NCBI GenBank assembly: GCA_038213805.1
Contig: JBBQSO010000007.1
Location: forward strand, 9,127 to 73,126
Source of the DNA: Planctomycetota bacterium
Lineage (GTDB): Bacteria; Planctomycetota; UBA11346
Direction: 5' to 3'
Length of the DNA stretch: 64,000 bases
The notes under the pieces: model-generated
What the model saw: only the letters and a program-made list of their open reading frames with translations
Databases searched by the model: none
What the model was told of the DNA's origin: nothing
Program-made: the position numbers and the translations under genes
Shown here: in pieces, positions 18,101 to 25,445 of the stretch
Layout of the letters: each line of letters begins with the position of its first letter
Numbering within the stretch: the first letter of the stretch is position 1

Positions 18101-19224
18101 GGCGCGCCGGGCACCGTCGCCAGCGCCGACAGGTACGCAGTCGCCTCGCCGCTGGTGTGGTCGGCGGGGAAGGCCAGCTTCAGCTCCTGCTCGGCGACCA
18201 GGGGCGAGACCGGCTCCATCCAGGCGGTGGCGCCGCCGGTGACGCCGATGTCGCCCACACTGTTGAAGCGAAACAGTGCGCGCTGCCACTGCGCAACTGC
18301 ATCGGCCAAGCCGGCGGCGTCGCCGGCACGCCAGCGCGCGCGCAGACCGTCGAGCAGTTCCGAGGGCGGGCCGCCGGCGAGGGACGCGATCAAATTGGCA
18401 AGGTAGCGCGGATTGAGGCCATGCGCGCGCGCCACCGCGGCCGCGTCACCGCCGGCGCGCAGTTCGTTGGCCGCAGCCAGGTAGCGCTCCAGCGGCAGGC
18501 GGCCGCCCTGGTTCTTGTCCATGGGGATGCCCTGCCGGGTCACCATGTCGCTGCTGCCGGTCGCGCTGAAGCCTGCGTAGAAGGCGCGCAGCTGCGCGAC
18601 CAGTTCATCGGTGGCATCACGACGCGTGGTCGCCGCCGAGAAGCCGATGCCGTCCGGCAGCAGCAGCGCGTGGGCGGCGACGGCCTTGGCCGCATCCAGG
18701 TACTTGCCGAGCAGCGCCGGCGACATCGCCAGGGCCATGCCGGTGTTGCTGAAGCCTTCGCCGGCGGCGCCGTCGGCCGGGAACTCGCGCGCCACGTCCA
18801 GGCTCTCGACGCCGGTCAGGTCGCGCAGCGTGTAGGTGTACTCGGCATTCGACAGGCGGCGCAGCACCACCGGACCGGGATCGCCCGCGGTCTGGCGGGC
18901 GACCACGTCGAGCGCGCCGCGCACGCCGGCGAGCAGGCGCGAACGCTCCTCGGCGGTCGACTGCGGTTTGCCCGCGGGCGGCATGTCGCCATCCGCGACC
19001 TGCTCGAGCACCTTCTGCCAGATGCGCGCGTGGCGGGCGAGGCGGCCATCGGCGACGACGCTTTCGAGGTCGAGGTCGCCCTTGTGCTTGGCCTGCGAGT
19101 GGCAGGTCAGGCAGCGGTCCTTGAGGATCGGCGTAACGGCGGCGAGCGGTGCGGCGCTCTCCGCGGACGAAACGGTGGCGGCGCAGGCGAACAGCGCGGC
19201 GACGAGCAGGCGGCGGGCGCGCAT
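15139..19224 (-). CDS. Large PSD-family protein (cytochrome-c-like N-terminus plus DUF1587/DUF1592/DUF1595/DUF1588/DUF1585-type domains)
   Basis: 1361 aa with a signal peptide and a CLTCHS heme-like motif near the N-terminus. The usual DUF1592-class architecture is found next to a DUF1552 gene. Confidence 0.8.
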   Translation of the reverse strand: MRARRLLVAALFACAATVSSAESAAPLAAVTPILKDRCLTCHSQAKHKGDLDLESVVADGRLARHARIWQKVLEQVADGDMPPAGKPQSTAEERSRLLAGVRGALDVVARQTAGDPGPVVLRRLSNAEYTYTLRDLTGVESLDVAREFPADGAAGEGFSNTGMALAMSPALLGKYLDAAKAVAAHALLLPDGIGFSAATTRRDATDELVAQLRAFYAGFSATGSSDMVTRQGIPMDKNQGGRLPLERYLAAANELRAGGDAAAVARAHGLNPRYLANLIASLAGGPPSELLDGLRARWRAGDAAGLADAVAQWQRALFRFNSVGDIGVTGGATAWMEPVSPLVAEQELKLAFPADHTSGEATAYLSALATVPGAPAGLVVWRQPRLVIPGRPPLPLRVARAYVDDLLARRVRTFAGTAAALAAAVDAAGDAHGDVAQLAQRHHIDPGVLAAWLGYLGVGFAGDLALEHFDNRLPRAGAYEFVTGWGSTETPSVMANASDQAVRIPGKMKAHGVVVHPSPTRCVAVGWQSPVTATLRIAGAVMHAHPECGNGVEWVLELRRGSARRRLAAGTAINADSVPFGPLDGVTVQPGDLIALLVGPRNADHSCDLTDVELTLTGDGPNPVTWSLTREVSGDILAGNPHADAAGHPAVWHFYSEPTAVMSEHPGAPADSLLARWQATADPATQARLADDLQRLLLAPAPAGDGADAKLYRQLASFAGPLAAATTPAVPAADSPWGLDPALFGKRPDGAACDADDLCVAIGTILAVRLPAGLVAGCELVATAACAPGPAAAEASAQARLAATAPAAAGLLPDPTLPIIAGAAAQARWTSAYADFRALFPAALCYTKIVPADEVITLTLFYREDGPLVTLMLDDAQRVQLDRLWDRLRFVSQDALTTVDAFEQILQYATQDGDPRKLEPLRQPITARAAALRQRLLDAEPVQLDATLAFAAQAWRRPLTADEQQALRARYGTWRTEGLHHDEALRLVLTRVLAAPAFLYRAERPVPGAAQGPVGDWELATRLSYFLWSGPPDAALRAAAASGALRDPAALAAQARRLLGDARARRLAVEFGCSWLHVRGFDQLDEKSEKAFPAFLALRGSMYEESIRFLADLFQSDRSVLSLLDADHTFVDKALAAHYGIPWSADGPEWRRVEGLRALGRGGILGQAAILAKQSGASRTSPILRGAWVSETLLGERLPRPPKDVPPFPEQADAALSVRALTERHVSDARCAGCHQRFDAFGFALEGFDGIGHAQDRDPGGKPLDITATTADGTRLAGLDGLRAYLAGPRAAAFTGQFCRKLLGFALGRAVRLSDEPLLHEMQSALAANGWRAGTAVELIVRSRQFREIRGRGAVSEDDEP

Positions 19225-19225
19225 G

Positions 19226-19906
19226 TCAGGCGTCCCCTGCGGCGGCGGCGGCGCGCGGGATCCAGTCCTCCCAGCTCAGCACGTGCGCGCGCAGGTGCTC
19301 CTCGCAGACGGCCGGGGAGCGGCTGGTGAACAGGCGGATGATCTCGGTGTGCGCGCGCACGGTCTCGGCGCGCACCTGGCGGGTGCGGCGCTCGTGCAAG
19401 CGGTGCAGGCGGCCCAGCCACATGCCGAGCTCCCAGCGCAGGGCGCGCCAGGCGCGCAACAGGCGGGCGTTGCCGCTGGCGGCGAGGATGAGCTCGTGGA
19501 ATTCCAGATCGAGGCGGGTGATCTCGGCGATCGAGGTGGCGCGCGCAGTCGCGGCGACGTTGGCCATCAGCGCCGCGGGATCGGCGCGCAGCTGCGGCGC
19601 GGCGAGACGCGCCGCCAACGGTTCGAGCGCCACGCGCATGGTGAAGAGCTCTTCGAAGTCCTGGCGGGTCAGGCCGCGCACGTAGGCGCGGCCGGTGGGA
19701 GAGAAGCGCACCAGGCCTTCGCGCTCGAGCACCACCAGCGCCTCGCGCACCGGCACCCGGCTGACCCCCAGGCGCCGCGCCACCACGGCCTCGGCCAGGC
19801 GGTCGCCGGGGGCGAGGACTTCGGCGATGATGTCGGCGCGCAGCTGCGCGGCGGCGGCGTCGGAGCGGGGCAGGGGTCGCGCAGCGGCGGGGGCGGTGGT
19901 GGTCAT
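19226..19906 (-). CDS. GntR-family (FadR/FCD-type) transcriptional regulator
   Basis: Internal Met start MTTTAPAAARPL. HTH block RLAEAVVARRLGVSRVPVREALVVLEREGLVRF followed by an FCD-like helical C-domain. Its stop overlaps the start of the DUF1592 gene, so it likely forms an operon with the GntR gene first. Confidence 0.8.
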   Translation of the reverse strand: MTTTAPAAARPLPRSDAAAAQLRADIIAEVLAPGDRLAEAVVARRLGVSRVPVREALVVLEREGLVRFSPTGRAYVRGLTRQDFEELFTMRVALEPLAARLAAPQLRADPAALMANVAATARATSIAEITRLDLEFHELILAASGNARLLRAWRALRWELGMWLGRLHRLHERRTRQVRAETVRAHTEIIRLFTSRSPAVCEEHLRAHVLSWEDWIPRAAAAAGDA

Positions 19907-19910
19907 GGTG

Positions 19911-19943
19911 TTCGGTATACCGTTCTGGGAACAGTATACCGAA
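19911..19943. promoter_or_regulatory. Candidate GntR operator: inverted 10-bp arms TTCGGTATAC ... GTATACCGAA, each containing a GGTATACC / AGTATACC palindrome
   Basis: TTCGGTATACCGttctgggaaCAGTATACCGAA lies 5-40 bp upstream of the GntR start, in the divergent region shared with the beta-lactamase-family gene. GGT-AT-ACC matches the generic GntR-family operator pattern (GT-N-AC). A third related site CCGGATACCGG is at about 19961. Confidence 0.4.
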
Positions 19944-20063
19944 TCTTCCAACGGCCGTTGCCGGATACCGGGCGCGGTGGGTCTGCTACCGGACCAGGTC
20001 CATGAGATCGCTCGGCGACGCCACCGCAGTCGCGCCGTAGAGCTTTCCCGGAGCCTGCATCCC

Positions 20064-21302
20064 ATGCCTTTACGCCTACTCAGCGCCGCCCGGCTCAGCG
20101 CCTGCCTGCTCGCGTCCGTCTTGTCCGCCGCCGCCGACGACTACTTCCCCCCGCCCGACAGCGCCGGCGGCTGGCGCGTGCCCGCGGACGCGGCGGCAAC
20201 GCGGACGCTCGGCGGCATGGACCCGGAGCGCCTGGCGCAGGCCGGCGAGCAGGCGCAGCGCTGCGGGGCCAACGTCGGGCTGCTGGTGGTGCGCCACGGC
20301 TATCTGGTCTACGAGCGCTATTGGGGCCGCGCGCACCGCGACGCCAACCCCGACATGGCCTCCACCGGCAAGGCCTTCACCAGCATCGCCTGCGGCATCA
20401 TGCTCGAGAAGTTCCGCGACCAGTTCCCGACCGGGCTCGGTCAGAAGGTGTTCACCCAGACGTACCTGCCCGAGGCCTTCCCGCTCGATGATCCGCGCCG
20501 CACGCAGATCACCCTCGGTCAGCTGCTGTGCATGAGCGGCGGCTACCACGGCGAGGGTGGCAGCCCGGGGGTGGTCGACGGCAAGGTCGTGCCGCTGACG
20601 CCGGTGCCGGGGCAGGATCTCAAGGACCTCGACGGCAGTTCGCTGCGCACCGCGCTGTGGACCGATCCCGGCGCGGGCTATTCCTATTCCTCACCGGAGC
20701 CGCACATCGCCTCGATGGTGCTGCGCCGCGTCGCCGGCATGGAGCTCAAGGACTGCATCGATCAGTGGCTGGCGAAACCGCTGGGCTTCGGCGCGTGGAA
20801 CTACTGCCTATTCCGCGGCTCCATCACCCTGCCGCATGCCAACGGCGCAGGCAGCATCGCGCTGCATGCCACCGACGCGCTGCGCTTCGCCTACCTGCTG
20901 CTGCACCAGGGGCGCTGGGCCGGTCAGCAGCTGGTGCCGGCCGCCTACGTGGCCCAGTGCGGGCGACCGTCGCCGTTCAACCCGCACACGCCTTTCAGCC
21001 TGATGTTCGAGAACAATTCCGATGGCCACGTCGCGGGCGCACCGCGCGACGCCTTCTGGAAATCGGGCGCTGGCGGCTTCTGCATCTACGTCGTGCCCTC
21101 GCTCGACCTGGTGCTGTACAAGATGGGCGGCAGTGCCGGGCAGTATCAAGCGGAACTCACCGGCCTGCCCCAGCCCCCCTCGCCCGAGGCGCGCGACGAC
21201 TGGAAGCCGATCCCGCGCACGCCCTTCCACGACGGCTCGCTGACCGGCGACGACGGCCTGCGCCGCGTGCTGGAGATGGTCGCGGCGGCGGCGCGGGACT
21301 GA
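20064..21302 (+). CDS. Serine hydrolase, beta-lactamase/transpeptidase-like family (secreted)
   Basis: Signal peptide MPLRLLSAARLSACLLASVLSAAA. S-x-x-K motif in MASTGKAF. Class-C-like architecture of 412 aa. Confidence 0.8.
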   Translation: MPLRLLSAARLSACLLASVLSAAADDYFPPPDSAGGWRVPADAAATRTLGGMDPERLAQAGEQAQRCGANVGLLVVRHGYLVYERYWGRAHRDANPDMASTGKAFTSIACGIMLEKFRDQFPTGLGQKVFTQTYLPEAFPLDDPRRTQITLGQLLCMSGGYHGEGGSPGVVDGKVVPLTPVPGQDLKDLDGSSLRTALWTDPGAGYSYSSPEPHIASMVLRRVAGMELKDCIDQWLAKPLGFGAWNYCLFRGSITLPHANGAGSIALHATDALRFAYLLLHQGRWAGQQLVPAAYVAQCGRPSPFNPHTPFSLMFENNSDGHVAGAPRDAFWKSGAGGFCIYVVPSLDLVLYKMGGSAGQYQAELTGLPQPPSPEARDDWKPIPRTPFHDGSLTGDDGLRRVLEMVAAAARD

Positions 21303-21314
21303 GCGTCCGCCCCG

Positions 21315-22589
21315 TCACGGCACCAGGTCGCCGATCAGCATGATCCCGCCCACGTACCAGTTGGTGCCCGCGTACTTGGCCGGGTCCTTCTCCATATCCG
21401 GGCGGTTTGGGTCGAAGAGGATCTTCGCCTTGTCCGGCACCACCTGGTCGATGTGCACCTCGACGCGGTGCACTGCATCGGGCAGTTCCGAGGCGATGCG
21501 CAACGACGCGAGGCGGTGATAGGTGCAGAAGCCGTCGATGCGCGCCATGGCCGTGGGCGCGCCGCCATCGACGCTGATCAGCACCTGGCCGCAGTCTGGG
21601 CCGAGCAGGTCGTAAATCGACACCGCACTGCCCTTGAAGCGGAATGCCAGGGTGGTGCCGGGTTTGTTGGCGCGCCACAGGCTGGGCACGCGATCGCCGA
21701 AGCTCTTCGCGCGCGCATCCGTGGCGGCGTCGAGCTTTATCCAGCCGTCGCCCGGCTTGGCCTGCTCGAGCGGTACAAGCTTGGCCTTTTCATAATTGTC
21801 GGCGACGAGCGGGGCGCGCAGCGCATGCGGCTTGTGCTTGCCAGCGAGGAGCTTGGGCAGGTGGCGCGTCAGGATCTGCGTGTACAGATCGTGGCCCGCA
21901 TCGGTGGGGTGGACGTTGTCCTCGACGAACACCAGCTTGTCGCCGAGCGCCACACGCTCCGCGTCGCTGGGCTTGCTGGTGCGGAAGACCAGCGTCCCGG
22001 CGCGTTCGCGCGCGGAGACCTCGACACCGAAGTGCACTGACGGGATGGCATAATGGTCGGCCAGCGACTCCATCGCGCTGGCAGCGCGCGGAAAATGGCC
22101 GTCCTTGAAGTCGCCAAGCATGCCGCCGGTCAGGGTGTAGACGTAACAGATGTCGGTGGCCGGATCTGCCGCCCAGGTCTGGCGGATGATGCCCTCCATG
22201 CAGCGCTGGATCTGCAACGGATCAGTGCCGCCGTCGTTGACCGCGAATTCGACGAACACCAGGTCGGGCTTGTGCTGCAGCACGTCGTGGCCGCAGCGGT
22301 AGACGCCGAGGTCTGAACCCGTGCCGCCGATGGCGGCGTTGATCTCGTGGATATCCGACTTCGGATACTGCTGTTTGAACCACGCCAGGCTCTTCACCCG
22401 CCAGCCGTTGGCCGCGGTGATGCTGCCGCCGAAGTAGGCGATGGCGATCGGCTTGCCGGCGGCGAGTTTGGCTGCGACGTTGGGCAGCCCGCCGCGCTCC
22501 TGGCACTCGACCGCGGGACGCAGGGGAAAGGCCTCAGCGGCGTGGAGGGCGGCAAGGACGGACAGCAGGAGCAGCAGGATGCGGTGCAT
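21315..22589 (-). CDS. SGNH/GDSL-family hydrolase with C-terminal beta-sandwich domain (secreted)
   Basis: Internal Met start MHRILLLLLSVLAALHA (signal peptide). Block I IAYFGGSITAANG, and DAGHDLYTQIL near the catalytic His. Confidence 0.7.
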   Translation of the reverse strand: MHRILLLLLSVLAALHAAEAFPLRPAVECQERGGLPNVAAKLAAGKPIAIAYFGGSITAANGWRVKSLAWFKQQYPKSDIHEINAAIGGTGSDLGVYRCGHDVLQHKPDLVFVEFAVNDGGTDPLQIQRCMEGIIRQTWAADPATDICYVYTLTGGMLGDFKDGHFPRAASAMESLADHYAIPSVHFGVEVSARERAGTLVFRTSKPSDAERVALGDKLVFVEDNVHPTDAGHDLYTQILTRHLPKLLAGKHKPHALRAPLVADNYEKAKLVPLEQAKPGDGWIKLDAATDARAKSFGDRVPSLWRANKPGTTLAFRFKGSAVSIYDLLGPDCGQVLISVDGGAPTAMARIDGFCTYHRLASLRIASELPDAVHRVEVHIDQVVPDKAKILFDPNRPDMEKDPAKYAGTNWYVGGIMLIGDLVP

Positions 22590-22824
22590 GTGACGGACCC
22601 TTTGAAGATGATGGCGCCAGGATAGTACCCCGCGCCGTAGGCGACGCTGAGTCGCGGGGCGCGGCTGCCCACCATGCATGAGTCGGTCCGACATGCCCGC
22701 CACGGACCCGGATACACCGGCGACCGGCAGCACGGCGCGCCAGCACGACCATGCGCGCCAGCGGCATCCGCCCTGCGTGCCCTGCCCCGCTGCCTTTTTC
22801 GGCTGAAGTCCTAGGATCCCGTCC

Positions 22825-23898
22825 ATGCCCCTGACTCCCAGCGGTCGTCGCCCATCCGGCAAGGCTAGCGAAGTCATGGCCATCCTGGAACAGCGCATCC
22901 GGGGCGGCGACTACCTGGTCGCGCCGCTGCCAAGCGGCCGCGAGCTGGCGGCCGAACTGGGCGTCAGCTACGTGACCGCGCGCAAGGCCATCGGCGCGCT
23001 CCAGGCGCAGGGTCTGCTCTCGCGTGGTGGCAATGGACGCTTGGTGCTGGGTGGGCGGCGCGCCGGCGGTCAGCTCGCCCAGCTGGCCTTCATCGCCCCC
23101 AACTTCCCGTCGCTGGAGGTGATGCGCTGGCGCCTGGCCATCGACCGCCTCGCCGACGAGCACCCGTGCGCGGTGAAGAACCATTTCTTCCGCCACTGGC
23201 ACGATCCTGCGCTGATCGACATCATCGAACGCAGCGATGGCGCCTTCCTCTATCCCAGCGCCGAGAAGGTGCCGGCCGCGTTCGCTGCACGCCTGCGCGC
23301 GCGCCGCATCGTGGTCATCGACCAGGACTGGAGCGCGCTTGGCGTGCCCTCGATCTGCTGCTTCCCCGCAACCTTCGTGCGCGCCCTGCTCGACCACTGC
23401 CGCGCGCGCGGGCACCACCGCATCGCAGTCCTCAACACCCAGCCGCACGATCATGCCATCCAGGCGCGCCTCGCCGCCTACCACGGCTGGGCCGTCGACC
23501 ACGACATGGTCCCGTACCTGATCGACGCCCCGGTGCTCGTCGGCGAGGATCCCGCGGTGCATGCGCAGGCGGTGCTGGCCGCGGCGCTGCGCGGCGGCGT
23601 GCGCGACTGGAGCGCGTTGTTCTGCACCACCGGCACGGTCGCGCTCGCGGCGATGCGCGCGCTGCACCTCGCGGGCATCGCGCCCGGTCGCGACGTCGCC
23701 GTCTGCACGCTGAACGACGACGGCCTGGGCGAACTCGTCATCCCCTCGCTGACCGCGCAGGCGCCCGTCGACCCGACGCCCTACCTGCGCCAGACGCTGA
23801 CGTGGATGCTCGATCCGCAGCGGGCGTGGCAGGGCGCGACGCTGATCCAGCCAGAGGGCTGCGAAGTGGCGGTCAGGGAATCGACGGGCGCGGGGTGA
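22825..23898 (+). CDS. Transcriptional regulator with GntR-type HTH and a LacI/periplasmic-binding-protein-like sugar-binding domain
   Basis: GRELAAELGVSYVTARKAIGALQAQGLL HTH, then a PBP-type fold (RIVVIDQDW...RIAVLNT...ALFCTTGTVALAAMRAL). An alternative start is MAILEQ at 22876. Confidence 0.7.
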   Translation: MPLTPSGRRPSGKASEVMAILEQRIRGGDYLVAPLPSGRELAAELGVSYVTARKAIGALQAQGLLSRGGNGRLVLGGRRAGGQLAQLAFIAPNFPSLEVMRWRLAIDRLADEHPCAVKNHFFRHWHDPALIDIIERSDGAFLYPSAEKVPAAFAARLRARRIVVIDQDWSALGVPSICCFPATFVRALLDHCRARGHHRIAVLNTQPHDHAIQARLAAYHGWAVDHDMVPYLIDAPVLVGEDPAVHAQAVLAAALRGGVRDWSALFCTTGTVALAAMRALHLAGIAPGRDVAVCTLNDDGLGELVIPSLTAQAPVDPTPYLRQTLTWMLDPQRAWQGATLIQPEGCEVAVRESTGAG

Positions 23899-24014
23899 TG
23901 GCGGCGTGCGGGATGCGGGGTGAAGGTGCCATGCGAACCCAGAGCGGGAAAAGCGTGATGGCGGCGTGCGGGCCGCGGGGTGAAGGTGCCATGCGAACCC
24001 AGAGCGGGAAAAGC
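23895..24014. repeat. Tandem duplication of a 60-bp unit (2 copies, 2 mismatches)
   Basis: gtgatggcggcgtgcggga/cc-t/cgcggggtgaaggtgccatgcgaacccagagcgggaaaagc occurs twice back to back, starting at the regulator stop codon. Confidence 0.75.
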
Positions 24015-24139
24015 GTCGAGCCCAGGACTGCAGGCCACCGCATCATCCGCATCTTCTGGTGATTGCGTTGGCGTCAGCCGGGCGCGGAAATCCACGTAGC
24101 GATTTCGAGAGTGCCAACGGCGCGCCCTATCGCAGCCCA

Positions 24140-25020
24140 GGGCAATGCCCTACCCATTACCCACACCTGTTGTCGACAGCGCATAATAATCGGAAATCTG
24201 CCGATTTCTGAGCCTTCCGAGCAAGCGACATCGACTAGCCCAGGGCGTCAACCCTGCTCACTACCCACAAGTCGCAGCACTCGGGCACTGACCCTCATAT
24301 CAACCCAGTCCTGTCCGCAGCCCGCGGAGCGGGCGACACATCGTAGCCCAGGGCGTGAGCCCTGGGAACCTCGGTTAGAGAGGAGGATAGGAGCCCGCGG
24401 AGCGGGCGGCACAGGTCCTGCCACTTCGAAATGAGGTGAATGCCGGGTGAGTCGTGATGATCCACGGACATCCCCAGATCGGGCCCCAATGGTCGTACAT
24501 TACCGCTGAGCCTGCTGTGTCGCCACTCCGTGGGCTGGCCCGCAGACACGCCGCGCGACCCAGGGCTGGGGGCCCTGGGCTACGATGTGTCGCCCGCTCC
24601 GCGGGCTCTGAGTGGCTGCGATTCGACTGACGTGTGGGTAATGGGTAGGGCTGAAGATTGGCGCCGCGCCATTGGCGCTCACGACAGGCGCCCTGCATTT
24701 TTCAATGAATTGGAGGGGTTGGTCGACTTGTGGGGAATGAGCAGGGCGTTGTCCTGGGATGACCGTCTGGTCGCGCCGTTGGCGCTCACAGCAGACGTAC
24801 TTCCGGCAAATGGTCCCGGACGACCCTGACTTGCGGGTAATGAGCAGAGCTCACGCCCTGGACTGCGCTCTTCCCCCCGCTCCGCGGGCGGAATTGCCGA
24901 TGACCGACCATCTCAGCGCTTTGTCACAGGTCACCCAGCCCCACATGGAGTTGCGGGTGATGAGCAGGGCGTTGCCTTGAGCCAGGAGAGGTCGCGCCCT
25001 TGGCGCTCGAGATCGCAATC
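24140..25020. repeat. Non-coding island of REP-like hairpin elements arranged as roughly 100-120-bp degenerate tandem units (forward copies from about 24560 to 25020, inverted copies from about 24140 to 24370)
   Basis: Recurring blocks: TTG[TC]GGGTAATGAGCAGGGCGTTG (four times forward at about 24632, 24730, 24832 and 24951; reverse at about 24150 and 24245); GCGCC-N-TTGGCGCTCAC near-palindrome (three times); CCCGCTCCGCGGG hairpin (four times); CCCAGGGC-N4-GCCCTGGG hairpins. No convincing ORF spans 23899-25445. Confidence 0.6.
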
Positions 25021-25274
25021 GCGATCGTAGAGGCGCTCCTCTACCACAACATGGAAGCAACGAGCAGGGCATCCGACACCGGATTTCATCCATGCGGCCG
25101 AAGAACGCCGCGGATCAGACGCAGCACTGCCCGCGTCGCATGCCGGCATCCCCCGCTCCACGTGCCCCTGTTCACCAACTTCGTATCCCTCCTCCTCCAT
25201 GCCACGCGACACCATCCGTCGTCGTCACACACGGACTGTCGCGTTACTGGCCGCCTTTCGCCACGCAGCGGAAC

Positions 25275-25298
25275 GTTTCCTAAAATCAGGGGATCGTC
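25275..25298 (-). promoter_or_regulatory. Degenerate copy (opposite strand) of the GATC-N3-CCGATTTTYAGACA motif found upstream of two other glycoside hydrolase genes
   Basis: The reverse complement reads cgacGATCcccTGATTTTAGgaaac, compared with GATCgtgCCGATTTTTAGACA (42700) and aATCccGATTTTCAGACA (63526). About 150 bp upstream of the GH-A/PA14 gene. Confidence 0.3.
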
Positions 25299-25445
25299 GA
25301 CCGCGTGTCCGCCAGGGATGGCCGGGACCCGGATATGGCGATCTCCATCCCCGCTCGCGCGCGCACTGCGGTCATTCGCGCTGCGCAGTTCCATTCCGCA
25401 CCATCGCCATCGTCCTCGCCCACGCCTCCCCCTCCTGAGGTGCCC

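Noticed and set aside
19695-20063. Upstream part of ORF 19695-21302 extending the beta-lactamase-family gene by 123 codons
   Set aside because: It overlaps the GntR gene on the other strand and the operator region. A signal peptide starts at the internal Met (20064).
22590-22897. ORF-track N-terminal extension of the SGNH hydrolase (MRCSRMAMTSLALPDG...), and a 7-bp stem-loop ccccgcg-N19-cgcgggg at about 22630-22665
   Set aside because: The extension is low-complexity and the signal peptide begins at the internal Met. The hairpin lies between two divergent gene starts, so it is not a terminator; too weak to call.
24140-25020. Possible CRISPR array
   Set aside because: Repeat cores are degenerate, occur in both orientations, the period is about 100-120 bp rather than 60-75 bp, spacers are not unique-looking, and no cas genes are in the window. 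Treated as a REP-like repeat island instead.
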